Positions 53,583 through 63,065 of a stretch of 64,000 bases of DNA are shown in pieces (the first letter of the stretch is position 1; each line of letters opens with the position of its first letter). The position numbers and the translations under genes were made by a program. Where the stretch lies: the NCBI GenBank assembly GCA_028356795.1, contig JAOMVH010000002.1, positions 4,638 to 68,637 on the forward strand. The letters run 5' to 3'. The stretch comes from Aliiglaciecola sp. GTDB lineage: Bacteria > Pseudomonadota > Gammaproteobacteria > Enterobacterales > Alteromonadaceae. The notes beneath the pieces are model-generated. The model saw only the letters and a list, made by a program, of their open reading frames with translations. It was not told the DNA's origin and searched no databases.

Positions 53583-54353
53583 TATGTTTTGGTTCATGGT
53601 CTCACATGGGTTGTCACAACAAGGTACACCTACGGTCTTAGCTGGTACACCCGCTACCGTTACATGTTCACGGACATTCTTTAGCACGACGCTACCGGCA
53701 CCCACTTTTGCACCGCGTCCAACTTCAATATTACCAAGAATTTTAGCCCCGGCTCCAATCATCACACCTTGACGTATTTTTGGATGACGATCGCCCGTTT
53801 CATTACCGGTTCCGCCAAGCGTAACTGATTGTAAGATGGATACATGATCCTCCACTACCGCTGTTTCACCTATGACAATACCCGTTGCGTGGTCAAACAT
53901 CACACCTTGCCCAATACGAGCGCCAGGGTGAATATCGACACCGAAGGATTCTGAATTTCGGCTCTGCACAAAAAGCGCGAGTGGTTGGCGATTTTGTTGC
54001 CATAAGTAATGTGCAAGTCGGTGGGTTTGAATAGACTGGTAGCCTTTAAAATACAAGAGTACGGTAAGGATAGAGTCAACCGCAGGATCCCGGTCAAGCA
54101 CAGCCTGAATATCGGCAATCGCATCTTCAACCATCTTTGGATTGAGCAAATACGCCTGGTCGAATAATTCACTTATGGCTAATGCTGGCATAACATCATC
54201 TTGCATTTTATTGGCCAAAATGAAACTCAAGGCGGTTTCAAAATTGTGGTGAGACAGGACACAAGAATGCACATAGCTGGCAAGCAATGGTTCGTTGGCA
54301 ACCAATTGTTCGGCTTCTAATTTTAGTCTTTTCCAAAACGTATCGACTGGCAT
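53571..54353 (-). CDS. cysE: Serine O-acetyltransferase
   Basis: RDPA, VDIHPGA, DHATG, GGTG..GDRHP. Confidence 0.96.
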   Translation of the reverse strand: MPVDTFWKRLKLEAEQLVANEPLLASYVHSCVLSHHNFETALSFILANKMQDDVMPALAISELFDQAYLLNPKMVEDAIADIQAVLDRDPAVDSILTVLLYFKGYQSIQTHRLAHYLWQQNRQPLALFVQSRNSESFGVDIHPGARIGQGVMFDHATGIVIGETAVVEDHVSILQSVTLGGTGNETGDRHPKIRQGVMIGAGAKILGNIEVGRGAKVGAGSVVLKNVREHVTVAGVPAKTVGVPCCDNPCETMNQNILED

Positions 54354-54440
54354 CGCTGTTCCTTTTTATTCTGTGTTCAATTTTCTAATTTGAGGGCATT
54401 GGGGAAAAATACAAGTGGACCGATTATCTACATAATTTGA

Positions 54441-54471
54441 GTGTATAAAAACACAGTATAGCTGATATAAT
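54441..54471 (+). promoter_or_regulatory. LexA-box-like site and extended -10 of uvrD
   Basis: GTGTATAAAAACACAG (54441-54456, 1 mismatch to CTGT-N8-ACAG); TGaTATAAT (54463-54471). Confidence 0.6.
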
Positions 54472-54504
54472 GCTGGCAAATTCCAAAATCGTAATTAATT
54501 TTCT

Positions 54505-56673
54505 ATGGATGTATCTCGACTTCTCGACCAATTGAACGATAAACAACGGGAAGCGGTTGCCGCCCCCGCTTCAGACATGCTGGTATTGGCCGGAGCAGGA
54601 AGCGGTAAAACTCGCGTCTTAGTGCACCGCATGGCGTGGATGATGGAAGTTGAGAAAATTGCACCATTTAGTATTTTAGCCGTTACGTTTACCAACAAAG
54701 CTGCCCGAGAAATGCGAGGTCGGGTCGAGCGACTGATGGGTTCCGCTTTGAACACCATGTGGATTGGCACGTTTCATGGTTTGGCTCACCGGCTGCTTCG
54801 AACCCATTATAGCGAAGCCAAATTGCCCCAGAACTTTCAAATATTAGATTCTGATGACCAATACCGTTTGGTCAGAAGAGTGATTAAATCACTTAATTTG
54901 GATGAAAAAAACTGGCAGCCTAAATCTATTCAGTGGTACATCAATGGCAACAAGGATGAAGGGTTAAGACCCCAGCATATCGATACCCAAGGTGATCCCA
55001 CCAAACAGACCATGAAAGATATTTACCAAGCATACCAACAAACTTGCGACCGCTCCGGTCTGGTAGATTTTGCAGAACTATTGCTTCGGGCCCATGAACT
55101 CTGGTTACATAACCCAGATGTGCTTAAACACTATCAACGACGATTTCGTACCATTGTGGTAGACGAATTCCAAGACACCAATAATATTCAGTATGCTTGG
55201 TTGCGCATGCTCAAATGCGACGACAATAACATGATGATTGTAGGGGATGACGATCAATCTATTTATGGCTGGCGTGGAGCAAACGTTGAAAATATACAGC
55301 ATTTTCTACGTGACTTTCCCCTTGCCAATACCATTCGTCTTGAACAGAACTATCGTTCCACCGGTAATATTCTTAAAGCTGCCAATGCCGTTATCGACAA
55401 CAACCAAGGCCGCTTAGGTAAAAAGCTTTGGACTGAGGATGCACAAGGCGAAGCCATTTCTCTTTATGCTGGCTTCAATGAACTGGATGAAGCACGTTTT
55501 ATTGTCGCTCGTATCAAAGAATGGTCAGACAAAGGTGATGCGTTATCAGATTGCGCGATATTGTATCGCAATAACGCGCAATCTCGAGTGTTAGAGGAAG
55601 CCTTACTGCAAGAGTCTTTGGCCTACCGAATTTATGGCGGCTTGCGCTTTTTTGAACGTCAAGAAATCAAAGATGCATTGGCCTATCTGCGCATTATTAA
55701 CCAGCCAATCGACGACGCCGCTTTTGAGCGGATAGTTAACACGCCAACCAGGGGCATTGGTGATAAAACACTTGGGATCATAAGAGAAGCGGCGCGAGAG
55801 CATGAACTGTCCATGTGGCAAGCTACGCAAACCATGTTAAGCGAAAAGCGCTTATCTGGACGTGCAGCTTCGGCGTTGCAAAACTTTGTCGAACTCATTT
55901 TAAAACTGCAAAGTGAAATCATTGATTTGGAACTATCTAAACAAACCGACCATGTTATTCGTCATTCTGGTTTGTTTGCCATGTATCAAGCGGAAAAAGG
56001 GGAAAAAGCGCAGGCTCGTATCGAAAACTTGGAGGAGCTTGTTACCGCCTGTAAACAATTTGAAGTACCAGAGGAAGCGGAAAACATGACTCCCATGTCA
56101 GCATTCTTAGCCCACGCTTCTCTGGAGGCCGGCGAAGCACAGGCTGATGCACATCAAGATGCGGTTCAAATGATGACCATCCATTCTGCCAAAGGATTGG
56201 AGTTTCCGCTGGTATTTCTTGCTGGTGTGGAAGAAGGCATGTTCCCGAGTCAAATGAGTAATGAAGAACCAGGTAGACTAGAAGAAGAGCGCCGGCTTTG
56301 TTATGTAGGCATGACACGAGCGATGCAAAAGCTTTACATGACCTATGCAGAGAGCCGCCGAGTATATGGACAAGACAAATATCACACACCGTCGCGGTTC
56401 ATCAAAGAAATTCCCACTGATTGCGTAGAAGAGGTCAGATTGCGCTCAGCGATAACACGACCGGTTCAAAATCGCTTTCAACCGGCTACTTCGCACATGG
56501 CATTTGAATCCACCGGCTTTCAATTGGGTCAACGGGTAAGCCATCGGAAGTTCCAAGAGGGTACCGTACTTAACTATGAAGGAAGCGGTGAACACGCCCG
56601 AGTAGAGGTAAACTTTGACAACTTCGGTACAAAATGGCTAATGTTGGCGTATGCAAAACTGACCAAATTATAA
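54505..56673 (+). CDS. uvrD: DNA helicase II
   Basis: AGAGSGKT, VDEFQD, LEQNYRS, HSAKGLEF, EERRLCYV. Confidence 0.98.
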   Translation: MDVSRLLDQLNDKQREAVAAPASDMLVLAGAGSGKTRVLVHRMAWMMEVEKIAPFSILAVTFTNKAAREMRGRVERLMGSALNTMWIGTFHGLAHRLLRTHYSEAKLPQNFQILDSDDQYRLVRRVIKSLNLDEKNWQPKSIQWYINGNKDEGLRPQHIDTQGDPTKQTMKDIYQAYQQTCDRSGLVDFAELLLRAHELWLHNPDVLKHYQRRFRTIVVDEFQDTNNIQYAWLRMLKCDDNNMMIVGDDDQSIYGWRGANVENIQHFLRDFPLANTIRLEQNYRSTGNILKAANAVIDNNQGRLGKKLWTEDAQGEAISLYAGFNELDEARFIVARIKEWSDKGDALSDCAILYRNNAQSRVLEEALLQESLAYRIYGGLRFFERQEIKDALAYLRIINQPIDDAAFERIVNTPTRGIGDKTLGIIREAAREHELSMWQATQTMLSEKRLSGRAASALQNFVELILKLQSEIIDLELSKQTDHVIRHSGLFAMYQAEKGEKAQARIENLEELVTACKQFEVPEEAENMTPMSAFLAHASLEAGEAQADAHQDAVQMMTIHSAKGLEFPLVFLAGVEEGMFPSQMSNEEPGRLEEERRLCYVGMTRAMQKLYMTYAESRRVYGQDKYHTPSRFIKEIPTDCVEEVRLRSAITRPVQNRFQPATSHMAFESTGFQLGQRVSHRKFQEGTVLNYEGSGEHARVEVNFDNFGTKWLMLAYAKLTKL

Positions 56674-56688
56674 AGGCTCGGCTTTTCT

Positions 56689-57951
56689 ATGAAGTTTAAA
56701 GTGCTTCTGATCGAAGATGATGCATCAAACATGCGCGTGTTAAAGCGCGTGATTGGTAAAGCCAATCTTGATGTTGTTACCGCCAATACATTAACGGAAG
56801 CCAAAGTTATCTTTGAAAATACCTCTCCGGAAGCATACTTATGCGCGGTGATTGACTACACACTGCCCGATGCCCCGGGCGGTGAAGCCATTGATTATGC
56901 CATAGAGGCCTTTATCCCTGCGATTGTGATTACGGGTAAAATAGACGAAGATATTCGTGAACACATCTTATCGAAACCAGTCGTCGACTATATTCCCAAA
57001 CAAAATGCACAAATGTTTGAATATCTAAGCCGTTTGTTAGCCCGCTTGGAAAAAAACAAACGTATTGGCGTCTTGATCGCAGACGACTCAAGGCTAAGCC
57101 GTAATAAGATGTCATCACTACTAACTCGTCACAATTTTACCACCTATACCGCCTCTAGGGCCAAACAAGGATTAAAAATACTGAGTGAAAACCCCAGTAT
57201 AAAGTTAATGATCACAGACGAAAACATGCCTGACATGAGCGGTGTTGAGTTAGTTGCTGAAGTGCGAAAGCTGTATGACAAAGACCAACTCAGCATTATT
57301 GGCGTATCGTCAGACCGAAGCCCTTCCCTACTGGCCAACTTTATTAAAAGCGGAGCAAACGATTACCTCAACAAGCCATACTGCCATGAGGAATTTTTCT
57401 GTCGAATCGTACAGAATGTCGAACATATTGAACAAATAGAGGCAATCCGCAAAGCGGCCAACTCTGATTATCTAACCGGACTACCAAACCGCCGACACTT
57501 TTTCCAACAAGTCGACAACACCATCCGCCGAGGATTAAGCTCTATGTCGATGGCACTGATAGATTTAGACAACTTCAAGAACATTAACGATTCTTTTGGA
57601 CATGACTTCGGCGATGCCGTGTTGAAGGAAGTCGCTAGGATCATCATCCGTCACTTCTCTCGTTTCCACGTTTCACGCTTTGGTGGCGAAGAGTTCTGTA
57701 TATTTTTTCCTAACATTGAACAACAACATGCAGTTAATCTACTCAACGATTTTCGAGAAGCCGTCGCCAATAAACTGATAAAAAGTAAAGGCGTATCCCA
57801 TGCATGTACCCTGAGCATCGGCGTTACCAGTAAAACAAAGAAAACCATAGAGTCAATGTTGGCAATAGCCGACGCCCACCTTTATGAGGCTAAAGCACAA
57901 GGTAGAAACTGCGTTATTGGTGACAAAGAAAACAACCGAACCTCATTGTAA
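56689..57951 (+). CDS. REC-REC-GGDEF diguanylate cyclase response regulator
   Basis: Two receiver domains, DYLTGLPNRR, RFGGEEF. Confidence 0.93.
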   Translation: MKFKVLLIEDDASNMRVLKRVIGKANLDVVTANTLTEAKVIFENTSPEAYLCAVIDYTLPDAPGGEAIDYAIEAFIPAIVITGKIDEDIREHILSKPVVDYIPKQNAQMFEYLSRLLARLEKNKRIGVLIADDSRLSRNKMSSLLTRHNFTTYTASRAKQGLKILSENPSIKLMITDENMPDMSGVELVAEVRKLYDKDQLSIIGVSSDRSPSLLANFIKSGANDYLNKPYCHEEFFCRIVQNVEHIEQIEAIRKAANSDYLTGLPNRRHFFQQVDNTIRRGLSSMSMALIDLDNFKNINDSFGHDFGDAVLKEVARIIIRHFSRFHVSRFGGEEFCIFFPNIEQQHAVNLLNDFREAVANKLIKSKGVSHACTLSIGVTSKTKKTIESMLAIADAHLYEAKAQGRNCVIGDKENNRTSL

Positions 57952-57958
57952 AAGCGGC

Positions 57959-58876
57959 TCAACTTGCCTCTTCAACAGGCTTTTTCGATTCTTTTCTTTG
58001 CTGTGAATAGGCCCGATAAGAATCAAAACTAAATAACAGTAGTGCAAACCAAACAAACCCAAAGGTAAATAAGCGCGCCTCTTCCAAAGGTTCGCCATAA
58101 ACAAAAATCGCCAATAAAAACATGATACTTGGCCCGATGTATTGGAAAAACCCTAGAGTAGAATAGCGGATACGACGGGCCGCTGCGGTAAAGCACAACA
58201 GTGGCGCTGTGGTAATAATACCGGCACCTAACAGTAGTAAATTGAAACTCATGGGATTGGTTAGCATGTTGCTCAATTCTGCGCCAAAAAAGACCCAATA
58301 GCCAATTGCAAACGGCAACATCATGATGGTCTCAATCATCAATCCTGGCAAGGAATCTACAGCCACTTGTTTACGCAGTAGTCCATAAAAACCAAAACTT
58401 ACCGCCAACACCAAAGCGATCCAAGGCAGATCACCGTAAGACAACACCATCGCACCAACGCCAAAAATAGCCAAACCTACCGCTATTTTTTGCAACACCC
58501 TTAATCTCTCAGCAAGAAAAATCCGGCCAAGAAAAACGTTAATCAGAGGGTTAATGTAATACCCTAAACTGGCGTCCAACAAGTGGTCATTATTAATCGC
58601 CCAAATAAATAGCAACCAATTGATAGCTAACAATACACCAGATAACAACAATATCCGCACAACTCGGTTGTTCTTGAGAGCCGCACGCACACTAGCAAAC
58701 TTTCCAGTAAAAGTTACTAAGACAATCAACACAACCACGGACCAAACAATCCGATGAACAAGAATGTCGGGGGCTGGTAAATCCATCAAAAGCTTAAAAT
58801 AAATAGGCGCAAAGCCCCACATGCCATAAGCTGCTAACGCGAATAGAACCCCTGCTTTTACTGAACTTAATTGCAT
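57959..58876 (-). CDS. rarD: EamA-family RarD
   Basis: ASLGYYINPL, YGLLRK, GFFQYIGP. Confidence 0.94.
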   Translation of the reverse strand: MQLSSVKAGVLFALAAYGMWGFAPIYFKLLMDLPAPDILVHRIVWSVVVLIVLVTFTGKFASVRAALKNNRVVRILLLSGVLLAINWLLFIWAINNDHLLDASLGYYINPLINVFLGRIFLAERLRVLQKIAVGLAIFGVGAMVLSYGDLPWIALVLAVSFGFYGLLRKQVAVDSLPGLMIETIMMLPFAIGYWVFFGAELSNMLTNPMSFNLLLLGAGIITTAPLLCFTAAARRIRYSTLGFFQYIGPSIMFLLAIFVYGEPLEEARLFTFGFVWFALLLFSFDSYRAYSQQRKESKKPVEEAS

Positions 58877-58942
58877 ATTCTGGAAGGTTAAAGAATTAGG
58901 AGCGCAGTGTCTTTGAATTGCGCACTAAAATCAACCTACCTG

Positions 58943-59103
58943 ATACCAATTTCAGTAAGTAATTGGTTACTCAACGAGAATTTAAAAAGATTTAATCAGG
59001 GCGCTTGAAAGAAGTAATAGTGTTGCTCTTTCGAGGTCGAGCAACGCAGAAGAAAAGCCGCTAGATGCATTCTGAGTGGCAAATTACCCACTGAAATTGG
59101 AAT
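58943..59103. mobile_element. 161-bp MITE-like palindromic element
   Basis: Terminal inverted repeats ATACCAATTTCAGTAAGTAATT / AATTACCCACTGAAATTGGAAT (19/22 match); non-coding. Confidence 0.7.
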
Positions 59104-59138
59104 AAGAGGATCATAAAGCGCTAGCTCAAATAAAATAA

Positions 59139-59510
59139 CTAGTTCTTTTGAACAATGAAAAATTGATAGCCAAATTCACCAAGGTATTTTTCGTACAGGT
59201 TTATTTCTGTTTGAATGTCCACAACAGCCTGAGAGTTAGCCATTATCACAGCAACCTCTGCCAACCTTTTCTTCAGTGGTTCATAATAATTCAACCATGC
59301 ACGCTCAGAAATCGTAAAGGTTTCTTTTACTTGATAGCCAGCATCTGCAATTTGACAAAGGCGACGATCAACATCTTGCATATCTGGGTACTCTGCGCTC
59401 CAGAATTTTTTAGCGGCAGCGCTGGGGGTTTGGGTTAACCAAACTAGATCACTAAAAACAAGCATGCCTTTTTCGGTGAGCAGTGGTTTCCATTGTTTGA
59501 TCATTACCGC
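59139..59510 (-). pseudogene. C-terminal remnant of a class I SAM methyltransferase
   Basis: KQWKPLL..GMLVFSDLVW...EFGYQFFI looks like the C-terminal half; no glycine-rich SAM-binding motif I. Confidence 0.65.
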
Positions 59511-59561
59511 TTGAGTCGCTACAGGCATACGATAAGATTTTCTAGTATGCCTGTGGGTTAC

Positions 59562-59984
59562 TTATTGAGGTGCTTTATAAATTGTTTTGGCGTTAGCAGG
59601 GTCGGTTGAAGGTTTTCCCATTTTTTCCAAAGCAAAATAATAAAGCTGTGCAACAGGTGATGGCACACCGTCGATTTTACACATATTGCGAAATAGTTTA
59701 TCTGAGGCTTCTTTATGTTCAGCACTTTTAAGCTTTCGCATTCTCATTAACTGATAAAAAGCATCATGCACCAACGAAGCGCGAAGGTTTTCATCGGTGT
59801 CAATGACTGGACCCGAAGTACCGTCCCACGCATAACCTTTTTTCACCGTAAGATTACCTTTTGTATCTAGCAAAATGTAATCAGTAAGCACATCATTGGC
59901 GGGTTTAATTTTGGTACTTATTTGGTAGTCTGAAACAAGCTGGTACTTATAACCAGCTTTGTATTGAATAAAGGGATCTGACAT
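59562..59984 (-). CDS. DUF1353-like protein
   Basis: GYAWDGTS, ASLVHDAFY, ASDKLF; AAGGAG RBS. Confidence 0.75.
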   Translation of the reverse strand: MSDPFIQYKAGYKYQLVSDYQISTKIKPANDVLTDYILLDTKGNLTVKKGYAWDGTSGPVIDTDENLRASLVHDAFYQLMRMRKLKSAEHKEASDKLFRNMCKIDGVPSPVAQLYYFALEKMGKPSTDPANAKTIYKAPQ

Positions 59985-60125
59985 GGTGGCGCTCCTTAGT
60001 TGTCATAAAAACAGTCCTTTCGCACTTTTCAACTGCACAACCAGCGAAAATCTGTATTTACTGAGCGTAGAAGCTTTTTGAAAAATTGCCTATTATTATC
60101 TCATTGTGGAGCAATATGCCGATGT

Positions 60126-60569
60126 TTATTCCGCTATGTTGTACTTATCTTTCATCAAATAAGCATAAGCGGTATTAAAAGCTGTTTCTTGGAACATTTT
60201 GAGTCCTGTTTCTGCAAATACAACGGGGATCGGATTGCGTTTTATGCTCTCTTTAATGGCGTTGGGCGACATCACTGTTACATTAAGCTCTTCAACTAAT
60301 TGCATCGCTGCTTCTAACTTAAAACCAGCGGCACTGCCAGCAAACTTGCCTTTCGTGGGACGTTCACGAATAACCACATGCTCGACTTGATAGTCTTCCA
60401 TTAACTTTTTAAAGGTAAATTGAAAGTGACGTATCTCACTCGTGCTATCTTGTTTGGGGTAAGTTAACTTGCGTACACGGCATTCAGGAATATGAAACAC
60501 ATCACGATCGAATTCCATTAAACATAGGTTTGCTTCACTACCTTTTAATTCTACACCGCATACTTTCAT
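60126..60569 (-). CDS. DUF3010 protein
   Basis: MKVCGVELKG, KLMEDY, KGKFAG, FKLEAAMQL. Confidence 0.85.
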   Translation of the reverse strand: MKVCGVELKGSEANLCLMEFDRDVFHIPECRVRKLTYPKQDSTSEIRHFQFTFKKLMEDYQVEHVVIRERPTKGKFAGSAAGFKLEAAMQLVEELNVTVMSPNAIKESIKRNPIPVVFAETGLKMFQETAFNTAYAYLMKDKYNIAE

Positions 60570-60819
60570 ATTGTTCTCTGCCCTTAAAAAAGCGTCATTA
60601 TAGCTTATTACCGACAATTAATGGGGATTTGTGTGGGTTAAACCCAATACAATAATATAAATTTTTAGGCTTGTGGCTCTATTGTCATATGCAGTATAAA
60701 AATTGACATCTCAATAGCTTTTTCAGATTGGACTTTTAGCGACAGCGGGTTTGAATTGGTTAAAACCAGAAATGAGGTTTGGTCAAAAGAACTTAGACTA
60801 CCGATGGCGAACCCCAGCA

Positions 60820-61587
60820 TCAATGAGTGGTTTCAATCAGTTTTTTTCCACAAGCTTGTAATTTATTTTTCCATGCTTGGGATACAGGCTCAGGGCCTTG
60901 GGACCGTTTAAAGGCTTTTATGGATGAATCTAGACCTGCTATTAAGTCTTGATGGCTCTTATTTACATAGTGATAACTGAAAGAACGTAATTCAGGCACA
61001 ATACGATAAAACAAAGACTCCTGTTCAAGTTGGCATAATGCTTCGTGTGCAAACTGAGTTTGCAGCAATGTAACCACTCCCCAATTTGCTTTTAACAATC
61101 GCGATAACGTATTGAAATTTTTTTGCTTTTTACAATCCAACTGATTTTTTTCACAATAAAGAAGTCCTGACTCGAAGCCACTTTTTAGCACGATAGCAGC
61201 ATCTAAATAGCTGTGGCATAAAGCCGCTTCCAAACAAAAAATTGCTGCATCAAATTCACCAATAGATTCTGGCACTTTAACTAGATTGGGGTATTGCTCT
61301 GCCACTATCGGATATCTGGAAGCCTCTGCATCAAATTTCCCCTGACTCACCAACAATAATCCCCGCTGTGAAGGATAATAAACAAATGAGGGAGCGATAC
61401 CCAAAGGGGCATACAAATTAGTTAAAGTTCTCTCAATTTCAACTTTCTGTTGCGGGGTTTGCCATGACTCTAACACATTGATTGTATAGTCCTTGGCATG
61501 TGCACTACTATTGGCCAGAGACAAAAGCAGGGCCGCTAGAGCCAGAACAACATAAAAAACACGAATAGCAAAAAATTTATACCTCAT
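60820..61587 (-). CDS. Divergent periplasmic-binding-protein-like exported protein
   Basis: Signal peptide; PSQRGL..GKFDAE; YPNLVKVPE; YHYVNK. Confidence 0.6.
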   Translation of the reverse strand: MRYKFFAIRVFYVVLALAALLLSLANSSAHAKDYTINVLESWQTPQQKVEIERTLTNLYAPLGIAPSFVYYPSQRGLLLVSQGKFDAEASRYPIVAEQYPNLVKVPESIGEFDAAIFCLEAALCHSYLDAAIVLKSGFESGLLYCEKNQLDCKKQKNFNTLSRLLKANWGVVTLLQTQFAHEALCQLEQESLFYRIVPELRSFSYHYVNKSHQDLIAGLDSSIKAFKRSQGPEPVSQAWKNKLQACGKKLIETTH

Positions 61588-61706
61588 ACCAGTAAGTGTG
61601 GACCTTGTTCCGAGTTTTATCAACTACGGTTGTACTACTATATCCACCGTCAGTAAGCTATGTTAATTTTACTTATCATTTGGTTTTAACTAAGGACTTG
61701 CTTCGA

Positions 61707-63050
61707 ATGAGCAAAAAGTCTGATGAAGCAAAAATTCCCAAAGGAAGAGTGTCTCGATTTACCAAATTAGGCGGCATGGCTTCAAAAATTGCCGGCAATG
61801 TTGTTGCACAAGGTGTTAGCGAATTAGCAAAAGGTAACCGCCCTAAGCTAAAAGATTTGTTACTCACGCCAGGCAATGTAAAGCGAGTTGCAGACCAATT
61901 AGCGCAAATGCGCGGTGCGGCAATGAAAGTGGGTCAGCTTATTTCTATGGACGCGGGTGACGTATTGCCTGAAGAGCTCACTGAGCTGTTAGCGAGATTA
62001 CGCTCTGATGCCAAATCAATGCCCAAACAAGAACTAACTGAATTGCTTGAGCAACAGTGGGGAGAGAATTGGCAGAGCCAATTTATTCAATTTCCCATGC
62101 AACCTATTGCGGCCGCATCGATTGGGCAAGTGCACAAGGTGATCACTCAAGATCTAAAACGCTTGGCAATCAAAATACAATATCCCGGTATAAAGCAAAG
62201 TATCAATAGTGATGTAGATAATGTTGCAGGACTGATTAAGTTGTCCGGTTTGTTGCCAAAAGATATCGACGTCAAACCTCTGTTAAAAGAAGCAAAAGCA
62301 CAATTGCATGATGAAGCCGATTACCTATTAGAAGGCAAACGGATTGAGCAATATTCGATACTTGTCGATAATGACGACGCATTCTTAATGCCCAAATTAG
62401 AAAAAAGCTTAAGCACAGACACCATTCTCGCTATGACATACTTAGATGGAGAACCCATCGAAACCTTAGTTGATTCCGAACATTCTGTTAGGAACGAAGT
62501 TATTGAGCACTTGTTCCGATTATTTTTTAAGGAACTATTTGATTTTCAAATTGTGCAAACTGACCCCAACTTTGCCAACTACTTGTATGATCATGAGCAG
62601 CAAAAAATTGTCCTACTGGATTTTGGTGCAACCCGAGATTACGAAGTTGAAATGGCACAGGGTTATCTCGACTTGATGCAAGCTGGCTATGATCAACAGC
62701 GAGATAACATTGAAGATCTGGTGTTCTCTCTTCAATTAATTAATCATAAATTACCCTTACAGGTACGCGAAGTTATCTTTGATATGTGTTTTGAAGCTTG
62801 TGAGCCTTTGTACACTGAGGGAGTGTATGACTTTGCTGAAACTAACTTGCTACAGCGACTCCGTGACAAAGGTATGGCGTTAGGATTCGACAAAAGTTAT
62901 GCCCATACGCCACCAGTAAATACGATATTTTTACATAGAAAGCTTGGCGGATTGTTCTTGTTGGCAATAAAACTGAAAGCAAAAGTAGACATCAGGGCGC
63001 TTTTTGCCCCCTACGTAAACAAAACAATCATCACTGAGCCTTCACCATAG
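61707..63050 (+). CDS. AarF/ABC1/UbiB-family atypical kinase
   Basis: MKVGQ, AAASIGQVH, KIQYPG, DPNFAN, LLDFG. Confidence 0.93.
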   Translation: MSKKSDEAKIPKGRVSRFTKLGGMASKIAGNVVAQGVSELAKGNRPKLKDLLLTPGNVKRVADQLAQMRGAAMKVGQLISMDAGDVLPEELTELLARLRSDAKSMPKQELTELLEQQWGENWQSQFIQFPMQPIAAASIGQVHKVITQDLKRLAIKIQYPGIKQSINSDVDNVAGLIKLSGLLPKDIDVKPLLKEAKAQLHDEADYLLEGKRIEQYSILVDNDDAFLMPKLEKSLSTDTILAMTYLDGEPIETLVDSEHSVRNEVIEHLFRLFFKELFDFQIVQTDPNFANYLYDHEQQKIVLLDFGATRDYEVEMAQGYLDLMQAGYDQQRDNIEDLVFSLQLINHKLPLQVREVIFDMCFEACEPLYTEGVYDFAETNLLQRLRDKGMALGFDKSYAHTPPVNTIFLHRKLGGLFLLAIKLKAKVDIRALFAPYVNKTIITEPSP

Positions 63051-63065
63051 GACCATCACAACCCC

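Noticed and set aside
59521-59562. Hairpin after DUF1353 as an integron attC site
   Set aside because: No matching RYYYAAC...GTTRRRY core pair, and no second cassette-like site.
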